This document shows, in pieces, positions 10,256 to 21,164 of a stretch of DNA of 64,000 bases (position 1 is its first letter; each line of letters starts with the position of its first letter). The position numbers and the translations under genes were made by a program. The stretch covers positions 1,824,001 to 1,888,000 of the forward strand of contig OZ244188.1 in NCBI GenBank assembly GCA_965216635.1, read 5' to 3'. This DNA is from a bacterium. GTDB lineage: Bacteria; SAR324; XYD2-FULL-50-16; G965216635. The notes below the pieces were generated by a model that was not told the DNA's origin, searched no databases, and saw nothing but the letters and a program-made list of their open reading frames with translations.

Positions 10256-11443
10256 TTGATAAAAAAATTTCCACACCAGATTGGCATAGGTGGACTAGTT
10301 CTGTCTAAAAATGAAAAAAAATTAGTTAATGAAGTTTTAGATAGCAACAGATTAACCTATGGAGATAAATCTAAAGAATTTGAGCATAAATTTGCCAAAA
10401 GCCATATGTGTCAATATGGATTATTTCTTAATAGTGGCACTTCTGCACTTGAAGTTGCGTTGGCTGCTTTAAAAAACAGACATCATTGGTCTGATGGAGA
10501 TGAAGTGCTTGTGCCAGCCATAACTTTTGTGGCGACTAGCAATATAGTTTTGCACAACAAAATGAAACCAGTCTTTGTTGATGTAGAATCAGACACTTAC
10601 AATATTAATCCCGCAAAGATAGAAGAAAAAATCACCGCAAGAACCCGTGCTATTATACCCGTGCATTTATTGGGGTTACCTGCCGATATGGATCCTATTC
10701 TTAAAATAGCTAAAAATCATAATTTATCTGTAATTGAAGATTCGTGTGAAACTATGTTTGCTACCTATAACGGAAAGTCTGTAGGTAGTATGGGGGACAT
10801 AGGTTGCTTTTCAACTTATGTAGCACATATTCTAGTAACTGGTGTAGGAGGACTTGCGATCACGAACAATCCTGATTTAGCAGTTGATATGAGAAGTTTA
10901 ATGAACCACGGTAGAGATAATATTTACATAAGTTGTTCTGATGATCAATCTGTAGATAAACAACAGCTCCATGAAATTATTGATAAAAGGTTTTCTTTTA
11001 TTCATGTTGGTTATTCTTATCGCTGCACTGAACTAGAATCAGCTATAGGTTTAGGACAATTGCAACGGAGTAAAGAAATTATTAGTGCCCGATTGAAAGT
11101 TGCAGAAAAACTAAAAAAAGGACTTGAAAAACACGAAGCTCATATTCAACTCCCTTATTGCCCACAAAACCGCACTCATTCTTATATGTTGTTTGGTATA
11201 GTATTACGGGAAAAAAGCAAAACAGACCTTGTTCATTTTCTTGAATCTAGGAATATAGAAACCAGAGATATGTTACCTATTATTAACCAGCCTATCTATA
11301 AACGACTATACCGAGATTTGGAAAAAAACAATCCAGTAGCAAGCTGGATTAATAGATCTGGGTTTTACATTGGTTGCCATCCTTATATGAAAGAAGCAGA
11401 AATTGATTTCATTATAGAATCGTTTGAAGATTACTTTTCTTGA
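10256..11443 (+). CDS. DegT/DnrJ/EryC1/StrS-family PLP enzyme, His-type (ColD/E1 dehydratase-like)
   Basis: NSGTSAL, PAITFVAT and IEDSCE motifs; FSTYVAHILVTGVGG has His where aminotransferases have Lys. TTG start. Confidence 0.85.
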   Translation: MIKKFPHQIGIGGLVLSKNEKKLVNEVLDSNRLTYGDKSKEFEHKFAKSHMCQYGLFLNSGTSALEVALAALKNRHHWSDGDEVLVPAITFVATSNIVLHNKMKPVFVDVESDTYNINPAKIEEKITARTRAIIPVHLLGLPADMDPILKIAKNHNLSVIEDSCETMFATYNGKSVGSMGDIGCFSTYVAHILVTGVGGLAITNNPDLAVDMRSLMNHGRDNIYISCSDDQSVDKQQLHEIIDKRFSFIHVGYSYRCTELESAIGLGQLQRSKEIISARLKVAEKLKKGLEKHEAHIQLPYCPQNRTHSYMLFGIVLREKSKTDLVHFLESRNIETRDMLPIINQPIYKRLYRDLEKNNPVASWINRSGFYIGCHPYMKEAEIDFIIESFEDYFS

Positions 11444-11478
11444 TGCTATCTTGTTTAATTTCATACTGTTCTTTTAGT

Positions 11479-12375
11479 TTAGCTTGAGTTTTTTTTTAAA
11501 ATTTTCTTGTTTCTTTTTTCAGCGATGATTTTGAGTTTTTTTTTGTAGATGGTCTTGGAATGATCTGCTATCATTTTTTTGAAAAAATTTACTATAACTA
11601 GGGCTTTCGCTCTATAAAACAAAATATTCTTTATTCTATAAAACCAATTTATAGGATATAGCAGCTGAACATTTTCATATTTTCCTTTGGGACAGTCGGT
11701 AAGATAAAGCATATTGCCACAGTGGAAATAACTAAAAAGACTAGGAGGCATTGTAGGGACAGGGTCTGCAGCATTGACTAATCTATAAATGGGAGTTTTG
11801 ATGTCCGCTATCCAGTTTTTATTTCCCACCCTAGGAGAGCCAAAAGTATAACAAGCAGAAATTCCAGCCTTATGAGATAATCTTTTGACTGCCACAGAGG
11901 CTAATGCTCCGCCTAGACTATGTCCAGTAATAAAAAGCGGTCTTTCATTAAAAAGCTTACTATCTAAAGTGTTTTGAATATCGGTTGCGACTTGTTCAAA
12001 GGCTTGGCTAAAACCTGCGTGAACCTTGCCTTTTGTTTTGCAAGGAGTTAAATTGGCTTTTAGGTCTGTTTTTATATCTTTGATGCTGTCTGTTTCTGTT
12101 CCTCTAAAAGCTAAAACAAGAAAATCTTTGTTAGAAACTAAAACCGCCTGTGTATCGTTTTTATCATAAGTTTTTTCTAGTTTCATTTTTAAAAATTCTA
12201 TGCGGCTTTTTAAATTTTCTTTTTTTTGAAAATCCATATACGCCAATTCCGATAAAGACGCCATAAGCCAAGCGGTTCTATCGCTGTAGTCTTTTCTATA
12301 GGTTGGTAATTTTTTATCTAGTAGCTTATGAATTTCATCTGCTTTTTTTTTTGAACTTGCAAATATATTAGACAT
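11479..12375 (-). CDS. Lipase class 3 family protein (copy 1)
   Basis: LAFRGTE, VHAGF, TGHSLGGALA, YTFGSPRVGN, DPVP. Confidence 0.9.
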   Translation of the reverse strand: MSNIFASSKKKADEIHKLLDKKLPTYRKDYSDRTAWLMASLSELAYMDFQKKENLKSRIEFLKMKLEKTYDKNDTQAVLVSNKDFLVLAFRGTETDSIKDIKTDLKANLTPCKTKGKVHAGFSQAFEQVATDIQNTLDSKLFNERPLFITGHSLGGALASVAVKRLSHKAGISACYTFGSPRVGNKNWIADIKTPIYRLVNAADPVPTMPPSLFSYFHCGNMLYLTDCPKGKYENVQLLYPINWFYRIKNILFYRAKALVIVNFFKKMIADHSKTIYKKKLKIIAEKRNKKILKKNSS

Positions 12376-12452
12376 TTTTTTATTCTGTTATTATTGTTAA
12401 TATAAAATTAAATTTTAGAGCATCCCAATTCTTCTATCTACACAAAAAAAAT

Positions 12453-12623
12453 ATGAGTATACCAGTAATTATAATCCATAAAGGGCGTAACCGATATGTC
12501 CAAGTTGCTATCAACCAAGCTAAATTTTTTGATAACGATGTGATAATTATTTCTGATAAGTCTTTTAGGAATTGCCGAAATTTCAATGTCAAACATTTAA
12601 AATGTATAAATACGGTGTTGTAG
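12453..12623 (+). pseudogene. Truncated N-terminus of a polysaccharide-locus (glycosyltransferase-like) gene
   Basis: MSIPVIIIHKGRNRYVQVAINQAKFFDNDVIIISD...; the reading frame ends just inside the ~70-bp segment shared with 44678-44748. Confidence 0.45.
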
Positions 12624-12676
12624 CTATTTTGTTATGGGAGGCAATTCAATTTTTTTACTCTAAATTATTTTAAAAA

Positions 12677-14050
12677 ATGAAAAACAAGCAAAAAATTAAT
12701 ATTTCTGAAATCCAATTTTTGGGCTCTTCTTTAGACCAGTTAGGTAGAGTGTTTACCTATCAAGGAAAAATATATCGAGCTGTTTATGAAAATAGAAAAT
12801 TATTTTGCAAAAAGTTATTTAGTAGTGGTTTGATCTATGAGTTAATAACAAAGAAATTGCTTGTTGATTCAAAGATATCAAATTATTCAATAGAAACCAA
12901 CTCTATAGTTTTAGAACACAAAAAAATCAATATCTCAAATCCCTCTGAATGGAGTTTTTCTATGTTGAGAGATATAGCTATATCTATTTTAGAAATCAAT
13001 AATATCTGCAATAAATATGGATATGAATTGCACGATGGCCATCCTTGGAATATAACTTTTAATAATAATCAACCAATTTTTTTTGATTTTGGAAGTATCG
13101 TTGAAAAAAGTAATAGAAAAAATTGGATCGCTATAGAAGAATTTATTAATACAGTTATATGCCCATTGTTTTTTTACGGAAAAAAAGAGTATTTTATTGC
13201 AATAAAACTTTTAGAAAATCCATCCACTTGTAGATTGCATTTACTGCCACCACAAACAACAACCGATAGTTATTTATTTAGAAAATTTCGTCAAATGATT
13301 GCAACAAAATCAGTTGGTCTGTTTTTGATAAATATATTCTTGAGAAAAAAATTAATTTACTATTTCTATAAAAAACTTAATAAAAGTTATATTGAAAAAA
13401 ATTTTCATAATAATTTTAAAAAAACAGATTGGTCTAATTATCAAAACATAGATTTAATAGAAAAAGAGAATAAGAATCTTTTTAAAAGGTTTCATTATGT
13501 AGTTGATATAATCAACAAGATTCAAAATGTAGATACAATTATTGATCTTGCTGGAAATAGTGGTGTGATGTCTTTGTTTCTAGCAAAAAAATGTAGTTTT
13601 AAAAAAATAATTAATACTGATTATGATCTTTCTGCTATTGATGCTGGATATAATTTTTTTAAAAAAAACACTCAATATAGTGTTGGAAATTATCTATTAA
13701 ATTTTATGGCTCCAATACGAAAAGATGTTTATAAAGATTTTAAATCTGATATTGTAATTGCTTTAGCAATAACACACCATTTATTATTGACACAAGGATT
13801 TGCTATTGATGATGTTTTACAAGAAATCAAAGACTATTCTGAGCAATATGTTTTTATTGAGTTTATGCCATTAGGTTTATGGGCTACTGGACAACAAGAA
13901 GTCAAAGTTCCAGAATGGTATAATATTGATTGGTTTAGAGAAAATTTTAAAAAGAAGTTCAAATTAAAAATCGAAAAAACAATAGAATCACAAAATATAA
14001 AAGGTGTCGTTCAACCACATAGGGTGTTGTTCGTTGGAAAAGTAAATTAA
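12677..14050 (+). CDS. NoeA-like protein (kinase-like N-terminal domain plus class I SAM methyltransferase)
   Basis: EWSFSML, DGHPWNI..FFDFGS, IIDLAGNSG, IALAITHHL, FIEF. Confidence 0.7.
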   Translation: MKNKQKINISEIQFLGSSLDQLGRVFTYQGKIYRAVYENRKLFCKKLFSSGLIYELITKKLLVDSKISNYSIETNSIVLEHKKINISNPSEWSFSMLRDIAISILEINNICNKYGYELHDGHPWNITFNNNQPIFFDFGSIVEKSNRKNWIAIEEFINTVICPLFFYGKKEYFIAIKLLENPSTCRLHLLPPQTTTDSYLFRKFRQMIATKSVGLFLINIFLRKKLIYYFYKKLNKSYIEKNFHNNFKKTDWSNYQNIDLIEKENKNLFKRFHYVVDIINKIQNVDTIIDLAGNSGVMSLFLAKKCSFKKIINTDYDLSAIDAGYNFFKKNTQYSVGNYLLNFMAPIRKDVYKDFKSDIVIALAITHHLLLTQGFAIDDVLQEIKDYSEQYVFIEFMPLGLWATGQQEVKVPEWYNIDWFRENFKKKFKLKIEKTIESQNIKGVVQPHRVLFVGKVN

Positions 14051-14149
14051 TGGAGATTTTCTGAATGGATACAAACAAAATGCTAGTGTAAATTTCTCAG
14101 TATAATTTTTAAAGTAGACACAGAAAAAATGCCTAAAATAAACTACATA

Positions 14150-15640
14150 GGCGTCCCTTAAAAAGTCTAAAATTACTAAAAAGTGATAGATTTTCTAAAA
14201 ATATAGCTTAAAAAGAACCTTCTTTTTAACAACAATAATAGCTCATACGCTATTATCCATTTCCTTATGTTCCAAGCAGATGCTGCTAGCAATAAATTTA
14301 TCTCATCTCCTAGATATCCTTTAAGGTAATTTCTGCATAATCTGAAATTCTTCTTTAAATGTCCTATCATAGGCTCTATTGCCGCTCGTCTTTTGTATAA
14401 GGCTCTTTTCTTCGCTTTTTGATAATAACTATCTTGTTTTTTTGCTCTATTCGGTATCAGTATCTCTGTTTGTCCTACTTGCCTTTTTCCTCTATACCCT
14501 CTATCACAGATAGCTGTTTTTATCGGTTGCTTTCTATTTTGTCCTGCTACTTCTAATACTTCCTTTAACGTCTTGCTATCGTGGATATTTTTATCATGAC
14601 TTACTAACGCTACGATTATCCCACTCTTCTTTGTTTCTACTACGCTTGCCTTTGTTCCATACTCATACTTCTTATGCTCTTTTCCTTTACTCATACAATA
14701 GATATGTGGCTCGTGTAGGGAATATATCTTATCCTTATCTTGTTTCTTTTGCAATAATACTCTACGATACAATCTAAATTGCTCCTCGTATCTTGCTAAT
14801 TGCTCTTTGGGTAGCTTTCGCTCTAACTCTCTTATCTGTCTTGCTCCTAGTATTCTTAAATGCTTCGTTGCTTTTTTTGCTTTAGCTCTCTTGGATACAT
14901 TCTTAAAATACCTTAAACTCATTCTTGCTTCTTTCACTTCTTTTCCATAAGTGCGTCTTTGTTGGATATTATGCGCCTTGGCTATCTTATTGGCATTGTG
15001 AATTATTTTTATCGCTAATTTAGCATCTGTAGGATAACTGATATTCTTCTCCTGCACTGTGCTATCTATTATTACTTCCTTCTCTTCTGCTTCTTTACCA
15101 TGTAGTCGCACAGTTTCTTTAAAGATTAACTCAATCCCTGCTTTTCCTATCCGATTTCTAAAATGCACTAATTCGCTAGCATCACAAGGACAACAGGACT
15201 CGTATTTCGGATAACCACAAAAGTATTGATAGTATGGATTTCTTTTAAACTGCAACACTATCCTCTCATCACTTAAATCTTCCAATTGTTTCAGCATCAA
15301 TAAACCTACCATTAAGCGAATAGGTTTAGCTGGACGACCTTTATCTTTTGAATAATAATGCTCAAAAGCCGTATCAAACACTTTCCAATCTATAACATAA
15401 CTGAGCTGTATTAAAGGATCTTTAGCGTCTAATTGGTGCAAAAGATCGTTGTAGAACAGATTCTGTCTTCTGTCCTTTAGTTTTGTTTTGGTTAACATTA
15501 TGGATTTTATCTGTTAATATTGAATTGAGAAAAACAACCAGAGAACAAGCCTATAGTTTCAAAAACTGGTTGTTTTATAACTAGATTTTAGTCTTTCTTT
15601 CTAGTATTTTCAAGAGAATAATGACTTTTTAAGGGACGAC
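14150..15640 (-). mobile_element. IS5-family insertion sequence
   Basis: 18-bp terminal inverted repeats ggcgtcccttaaaaagtc (14150-14167) and gactttttaagggacgac (15623-15640), 1 mismatch; no target duplication visible. Confidence 0.9.
14176..15498 (-). CDS. IS5-family DDE transposase
   Basis: GRPAKPIRLMVGLL, NPYYQYFCG, IDSTVQEKNISYPTD, KGKEHKKYEYG, DRGYRG, RRAAIEPMIGHLK. Confidence 0.95.
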   Translation of the reverse strand: MLTKTKLKDRRQNLFYNDLLHQLDAKDPLIQLSYVIDWKVFDTAFEHYYSKDKGRPAKPIRLMVGLLMLKQLEDLSDERIVLQFKRNPYYQYFCGYPKYESCCPCDASELVHFRNRIGKAGIELIFKETVRLHGKEAEEKEVIIDSTVQEKNISYPTDAKLAIKIIHNANKIAKAHNIQQRRTYGKEVKEARMSLRYFKNVSKRAKAKKATKHLRILGARQIRELERKLPKEQLARYEEQFRLYRRVLLQKKQDKDKIYSLHEPHIYCMSKGKEHKKYEYGTKASVVETKKSGIIVALVSHDKNIHDSKTLKEVLEVAGQNRKQPIKTAICDRGYRGKRQVGQTEILIPNRAKKQDSYYQKAKKRALYKRRAAIEPMIGHLKKNFRLCRNYLKGYLGDEINLLLAASAWNIRKWIIAYELLLLLKRRFFLSYIFRKSITF

Positions 15641-15856
15641 CGATTAAAAGGGATGCAAAAAAACTAAACTTTAAAAAGTTTTTCATAGGTATAGCTTTGG
15701 AATTGCTTCTTACTAGTCTTTTTTCAATAAAATCACAATATCTTTTTATTGCTTTTTTATTGTTTTTGTATTAGGCATAATAATATTTAGATTTTTTTAA
15801 AACCTTTATTGAACGATAACTTTCTTTTATTCAACAATAACTTTCTTAAAACTATT

Positions 15857-17620
15857 ATGAAAAAAATAATTTATTTTGTTTTATTCTTTTTAATCTTAGT
15901 TTTTATTTCTGCTTGTGAAAAAAAAACCACTTCTACAATAGATATATCTAAAATAGATGTTCGTGCCCGTGGTGAAAGTGGAGAAACAATACTACACCGA
16001 GTCGCAAAAGATAGCTCAAATCCCAATGATATTACAGATCTGATTCAAGCAGGAGCAGATGTGAATGCAAAAGATAAATACGGTGAGACTCCTTTGCATA
16101 AATCAGCAAGGTATAATATAAATCTTAATGTTATTACTACTTTAATTAAAGCAGGCGCTAATGTAAACTCAGCAGATAAGACTGGCACCACGCCTTTACA
16201 TTTTGCAGCATTTTACAATAACAATCCTAAAATTATTACTACTCTTATTAAAGCAGGGGCTAATGTAGACGCAAAAGATAATTTTTTTTCATCTTTAGGA
16301 AAAAAAGCAAGGTATTTTTTAGATGCTACCCCACTGCATCTTGCTGTGTATAATAATCAAAATCCTAAAATCATCACTACTCTTATTAAAGCAGGAGCAG
16401 ATGTAAGTGCAAATGACGGTGGTGGTAATACTCCACTACATTTTGCTGCATTTTACAATAAAAATCCTAAAATCATCACTACTCTTATCAAAGCAGGAGC
16501 AGATGTGAATGCATTGAATGAAATCTTTGTAGCAAAAATATTTAATAATTATAACTATGATTTTTTATATGGGGCAACACCATTGCATCTTGCTACATAT
16601 ACTAATAGTAGTCTTAAAATCATTACTACTCTTATCAAAGCAGGGGCTGATGTAAATGTATTTGATAAAGATTCTGAGAATAATGGAACTAAACCTCCTT
16701 CAAACCAAAAAACAGCTCTACATTATGTAGCAGAAAAATCATCAAATCCTGAAGTTATTTCTATTCTTATAAAAGCAGGAGCAAATGTGAATGCATTAGA
16801 TAAATATAAACAAACACCATTACATATAGCAGTAGGACAAAATAAGAGTGCTGTAGCAAGTGAAATTATTAAAATTTTACTTCAAGTAGGGGCTGATATA
16901 AAAGCTCTTACAAGTAGCGGTAGTACTCCTTTAGATTATGCGGCAAGCAGTAGGAATTTAAGTATCTTTAATTTTTTACTTCAAGCAGGGGCTGATATAA
17001 ATCAGCCGAGTTTTGGTAGCACACTTTTACACGCAGCAGCATTCAACCCAGACTTGGATATTTTAAAAAAATTACTCAAAGAAGGATTAGATGTAAATGC
17101 TCGCACTGATTTTAGAGGAGAAACTCCATTGCATTACTCAGTGAGTAACTTTAACTCGGATAAAGCTGTTGCCATTTTAGTTCAAGCAGGTGCTGATATC
17201 AACGCAAAAGATAGAAATGGAGATACACCGCTACACCATGCAACGACTGCTGGTGCAGTCGGTAATTATTCTCATACTTATCAATTCCAATCCGTAAAAG
17301 ATTTTCAAATTCAATCCATCAAAGCTTTAATCAAAGCAGGAGCTGATGTGAATGCAAGAAATAAAGATTGGGAAGACACACCACTACATCATGTATTTAG
17401 TAATGAAAGCCATATTGGCATTGAAGGAATCAAAGTTTTACTTCAGGCTGGGGCAGATATAAATGCTAAGAATTCTAATGGTAATACTCCTTTACATATC
17501 GCAGGAACTTATGTATATAAAAAAATCTTTAATTTTCTTATCCAAGCAGGAGCAGATATAAATATAAAAAACAAATCTGGAGAGAAACCCTATTTACGAG
17601 ACCAGCGACCGTCAATATAA
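15857..17620 (+). CDS. Ankyrin-repeat lipoprotein (~15 repeats)
   Basis: Signal peptide with lipobox ISAC; repeated G.TPLH.A...LIKAGADVNA. Confidence 0.92.
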   Translation: MKKIIYFVLFFLILVFISACEKKTTSTIDISKIDVRARGESGETILHRVAKDSSNPNDITDLIQAGADVNAKDKYGETPLHKSARYNINLNVITTLIKAGANVNSADKTGTTPLHFAAFYNNNPKIITTLIKAGANVDAKDNFFSSLGKKARYFLDATPLHLAVYNNQNPKIITTLIKAGADVSANDGGGNTPLHFAAFYNKNPKIITTLIKAGADVNALNEIFVAKIFNNYNYDFLYGATPLHLATYTNSSLKIITTLIKAGADVNVFDKDSENNGTKPPSNQKTALHYVAEKSSNPEVISILIKAGANVNALDKYKQTPLHIAVGQNKSAVASEIIKILLQVGADIKALTSSGSTPLDYAASSRNLSIFNFLLQAGADINQPSFGSTLLHAAAFNPDLDILKKLLKEGLDVNARTDFRGETPLHYSVSNFNSDKAVAILVQAGADINAKDRNGDTPLHHATTAGAVGNYSHTYQFQSVKDFQIQSIKALIKAGADVNARNKDWEDTPLHHVFSNESHIGIEGIKVLLQAGADINAKNSNGNTPLHIAGTYVYKKIFNFLIQAGADINIKNKSGEKPYLRDQRPSI

Positions 17621-17678
17621 TTTTCAAACTATCTTGGTTTTAGACTAGCAGAAATGATTTCAAAAATTCTAATCTATC

Positions 17679-18550
17679 CTATTTGACACAACCTATTCCA
17701 ACATTCACACAATACCAAGAAGGAATATGTGCTCCCTTAGGGTTGTTGCTTGGAAATATATCTAAATTGGGTAATATTTCAAAATCTCTTGGATTAGGCT
17801 TATCCTTTGGATCATAGTTATGATTTATTTTAGGGTTTATGTTATATTTGCTAATATTAAAATGTATATGGTCTTTTTCATCTATTACATTGCTGTTTTT
17901 TCCAAAAATTTTAATAAATTCTCGATTTGTACCACCAATATCCACATCATTTTTTAAAACATCTAAAATTATATTTTTCAAACTATGATCACCTTTTTGA
18001 GCGTCTATAAGTCCAAATTGAATATCTACAGCTCTAGCACCATGTTTTTCTCCATGAGAAGTTTTTTCTCCTGCATCCTTTATTATGTTTCCAGTATCTC
18101 TTGAAAACCATACAGTTATCCCGTCTATTTGCTTACTATATCTATCTCCACCTGTTACATCAATCCAGAAATTTTTAGCAGTTAATCTTGTTTTAGTGCC
18201 CGCTTTGATCTCTGCTTCATATTTTTCATTATACTTGGCTATAATTTCTCCGTGTACGTCTTTAAGTTTTTCTAGTAATTTTCTATTTTTAATTTCTTTT
18301 CTAATTCTTAAAGCGTTGTTTTCTACTGCGTTTTTTGCGGTTTGTTGGGCTGTTTTTGCGTCTAATCCTACCGCTGATGCTGAGAATAATGTTGATATTT
18401 GTGATGTAGCTGATACCCATTTATCTGATATGTTTGTATTGTTTGCTAACTCTTCTCCTACTATCTCCCCTACCACTCCTCCAAATGCTCCAGACTTGCA
18501 GTCTCCTGATTTAGCTGCTCCTAAAGCACAGCCTAACAGGGCGTGTGCCC
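17679..18550 (-). pseudogene. Orphan CdiA tip 3: pre-toxin/VENN region plus peptidase M15/LAS-like domain
   Basis: HALLGCALGAAKSGDCKSGAFGGVVGEIVGE...AKNAVENN, then VTGGDR, SHGEKHGARAVD and DHIH. No true start upstream. Confidence 0.75.
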
Positions 18551-18597
18551 CTTTGCGTTGCCAGTAGTTTTTTTAGTGATTTTATCTTTTTCTATTC

Positions 18598-18861
18598 TTA
18601 CATATCCCATTCTACATATACAGGTTGGGCACCTTTTTTCATTTCTCGCCAACTATCTAGCGGCACCCCAAAATCTTCTAAAGCGCATTCTTTTGCTATT
18701 TCTAATGTATCTTGTAAGTCATCATATCCGTAACCTTCATCCCAAGCTATAACATAATAATAAACTACTTTTTCTTTTGTATGATCATCTGTCCACTCGT
18801 CTGGCTCAATGGTATATCTTTTACCATTGTGTTTTGCAATATATTTAGTGAAATCTCCCAT
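18598..18861 (-). CDS. Putative CdiI immunity protein
   Basis: Small acidic protein immediately after a toxin tip; DDLQDTLEIAKECALEDFGVP..W. Confidence 0.7.
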   Translation of the reverse strand: MGDFTKYIAKHNGKRYTIEPDEWTDDHTKEKVVYYYVIAWDEGYGYDDLQDTLEIAKECALEDFGVPLDSWREMKKGAQPVYVEWDM

Positions 18862-18865
18862 TTTG

Positions 18866-19708
18866 CTACTCTCTAGGATAAATACGATGAGGTCCAACAT
18901 CAATCCAATCTCCATTTTTTAGTTCCTCAACATGTCCGTGTGGTCTATCTGGTATATTAGTTTCAGGTTTATTGCTTGGATTTTTAATATCAAACCTAAT
19001 TTTTCGTGTACCATCTTTAGAAATAAAAATTTTATCACCATGTTTATTAGTCCTAACTATAGCTTTTTGTGTTTTATTATCATCCATTTTTTGTTTTTTA
19101 AAAATATTTAGACAACCTTTAGCTTTTGTAAGGCATTTAGCTGTAGCTCCTGTAGTTAAAATTGCCTCTGTAATATTATTATTAATTTCATCTTGATTTT
19201 CTTCCCCTTCTTTTTCTTCTGGGTAAAGTTCAGCATTACTTAATTCTTCAGCACTAAAAAGATAGTCTAATATCCATAGTGCATTATTTTCTATTGCGTT
19301 TTGGGCGGTGTCTGAGGCTACATTAAAATCTCCGCCTAAGGCGGATGTTCCGAATATAGCTGCTGTTGTGCCTGCTATTTTTACTAGCCGTTCATCTGTC
19401 TCGCTAAATTCTCCGTCTTGAATTAATGGATTTCCTACTGCTTCTCCTACTATTTCTCCTATAACTGCTCCTGCTGCACCTGACGCACATTCTCCAGCTT
19501 TAGCTGCTCCTGCCAAACATCCAAGCACAGCGTGTGATCCTTTATGAATAAGATAAGTGCTGACGCTATTTGTTGATTGTCCTCTGCTTTGATTAAAATC
19601 ATTGTTTCTATTTTCAACATACTGATCTCCTATAAAGTTTGCTCCTTCTTTGGCGGCTGTATCTATCGCTAATGTCTTGTAGGCTTCTCCTAAATTATTC
19701 CAAAATTC
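18866..19708 (-). pseudogene. Orphan CdiA tip 2: pre-toxin region (IENN) plus putative RNase-like toxin
   Basis: Pre-toxin DNA is near-identical to 22109-22534; C-terminus GDKIFISKDGTRKIRFDI...PHGHVE...HRIYP. Confidence 0.75.
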
Positions 19709-19981
19709 TAGTTGACCTTAACTTTGTTGGGTTGGCTTTCCTGTTGGAGTTGTAAGAAAATTTATTATATCTTGCGGACTATTAAAATTTTTTCTTTTTG
19801 GAATATGCCAACTATCACCAAAATATTTTGAAACATCCCACCACTTTTTTTCTTCAAAAAACCCTACTCCGCTTTTATTTAAAATAAGATATTGATTATT
19901 CTTTTCAGAACTAGAAGATAAATATTCATTACTCCTGACTTGATAGGCAAAACCTCAATATATACTTGTTGATCATTAAGA

Positions 19982-20485
19982 TTATATCTTAGAAAAAAAT
20001 CTGATAGTTTCTTTATCATAAATAGAAGGTTCTGCTCCTTTATAAAAAATACTTATTCGCTGAAGTTCTATTTTGTTATTAAATATTTCTATATCACTAC
20101 TACCTCCTCCTCCAGATGGTAAATACCCTCCAACAACACTTTCAGTAGTTTGATTTAAAGGAGCAAAACCTCTATTTATTCGCATTTTGATTGCGATTAG
20201 CCCTTCTAAAGGATAAAATTTGTAAGTTTTTCTTCCTTTAATACCTAGAGGAGATAAATCTGCGTAGATTGTTCCATTTTTATCAGTTATCTCTAAACTA
20301 GAAATAGGAAAATCCGATTTGTTACGTACACTCACTCTATATATTACTTTGGTTGCTTCATCATAATAATATAAAGCTATAAAAAAAAACACGCAAAAAC
20401 ATATAAATAAACCAAAACCGTATAAGAGAGATAATAGTAAATATCTAATAAATTTATTCATTGTTATTATAATTTTTACCTTCAC
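19982..20485 (-). CDS. Hypothetical membrane-anchored protein, possible orphan immunity protein
   Basis: N-terminal TM helix; lies inside the orphan array. Confidence 0.6.
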   Translation of the reverse strand: MKVKIIITMNKFIRYLLLSLLYGFGLFICFCVFFFIALYYYDEATKVIYRVSVRNKSDFPISSLEITDKNGTIYADLSPLGIKGRKTYKFYPLEGLIAIKMRINRGFAPLNQTTESVVGGYLPSGGGGSSDIEIFNNKIELQRISIFYKGAEPSIYDKETIRFFSKI

Positions 20486-20494
20486 CTTTAATGA

Positions 20495-20916
20495 TTAGGA
20501 ATCATCACAACTTACAGAATAGACCGTTTCTTTATAGTAATCTATATCAATATCTAAACCTAAATCTTTAAATTCAATACAATATGATGCTTCACCATTA
20601 GAATACCAAAAAGGCTCTTCTATCACGTCAGGTTCTTGTCCTATAATTCTTATTAGTTTTTTAATGGTAATCCGATTAAATTGACTGATTTATAATAACA
20701 ATAACTAAAACTTTGAATACCAGAAATTATTCCATCTTCTTCATTAACATCTATATAAATTTCTTGCTTTGGAGTAGCATAGCGACCTCCGCTAATTTCT
20801 CCTTCAAGTATATCTTCAACTAAATTATATTTAGATATATAATTCTTTATTGGAGTGTTAAATACAATGAAACCAAATTGCTTCCTAGGGATAAGTTGCC
20901 AATCTGTAGGTTTCAT
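20495..20916 (-). pseudogene. Frameshifted putative immunity protein
   Basis: MKPTDWQLIP...NLIGLPL; frameshift in the A-run near 20660, continuing LIRIIGQEPDVIEE...VYSVSCDDS*. Confidence 0.6.
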
Positions 20917-20938
20917 TATATTAGATTTCTTTTTTCCT

Positions 20939-21151
20939 TTATCTATTGTAATTTGGTCTTCCATGTGTTTCTCCTTTCTTTTGTTTTTGAATATTTTTTT
21001 TAATTTTTTTTTTAATATTTCTTTTTTCTTTTCTAGAAAGCTTAGGATTTTTTAGTTTTTCTTTTAAATCTTTTACTTGTTTTTCTTGTGAAGTTTTTGT
21101 CTTTTGATTCCCATGAGGTTCATTCTTACTATTATCCCTAGCTTTTTTTCC
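20939..21151 (-). pseudogene. Start-less orphan toxin C-terminal fragment (basic, helical)
   Basis: Open frame GKKARDNSKNEPHGNQK...KQKKGETHGRPNYNR*, directly before an immunity-like gene; not in the ORF track. Confidence 0.55.
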
Positions 21152-21164
21152 TTAAATGATATTC

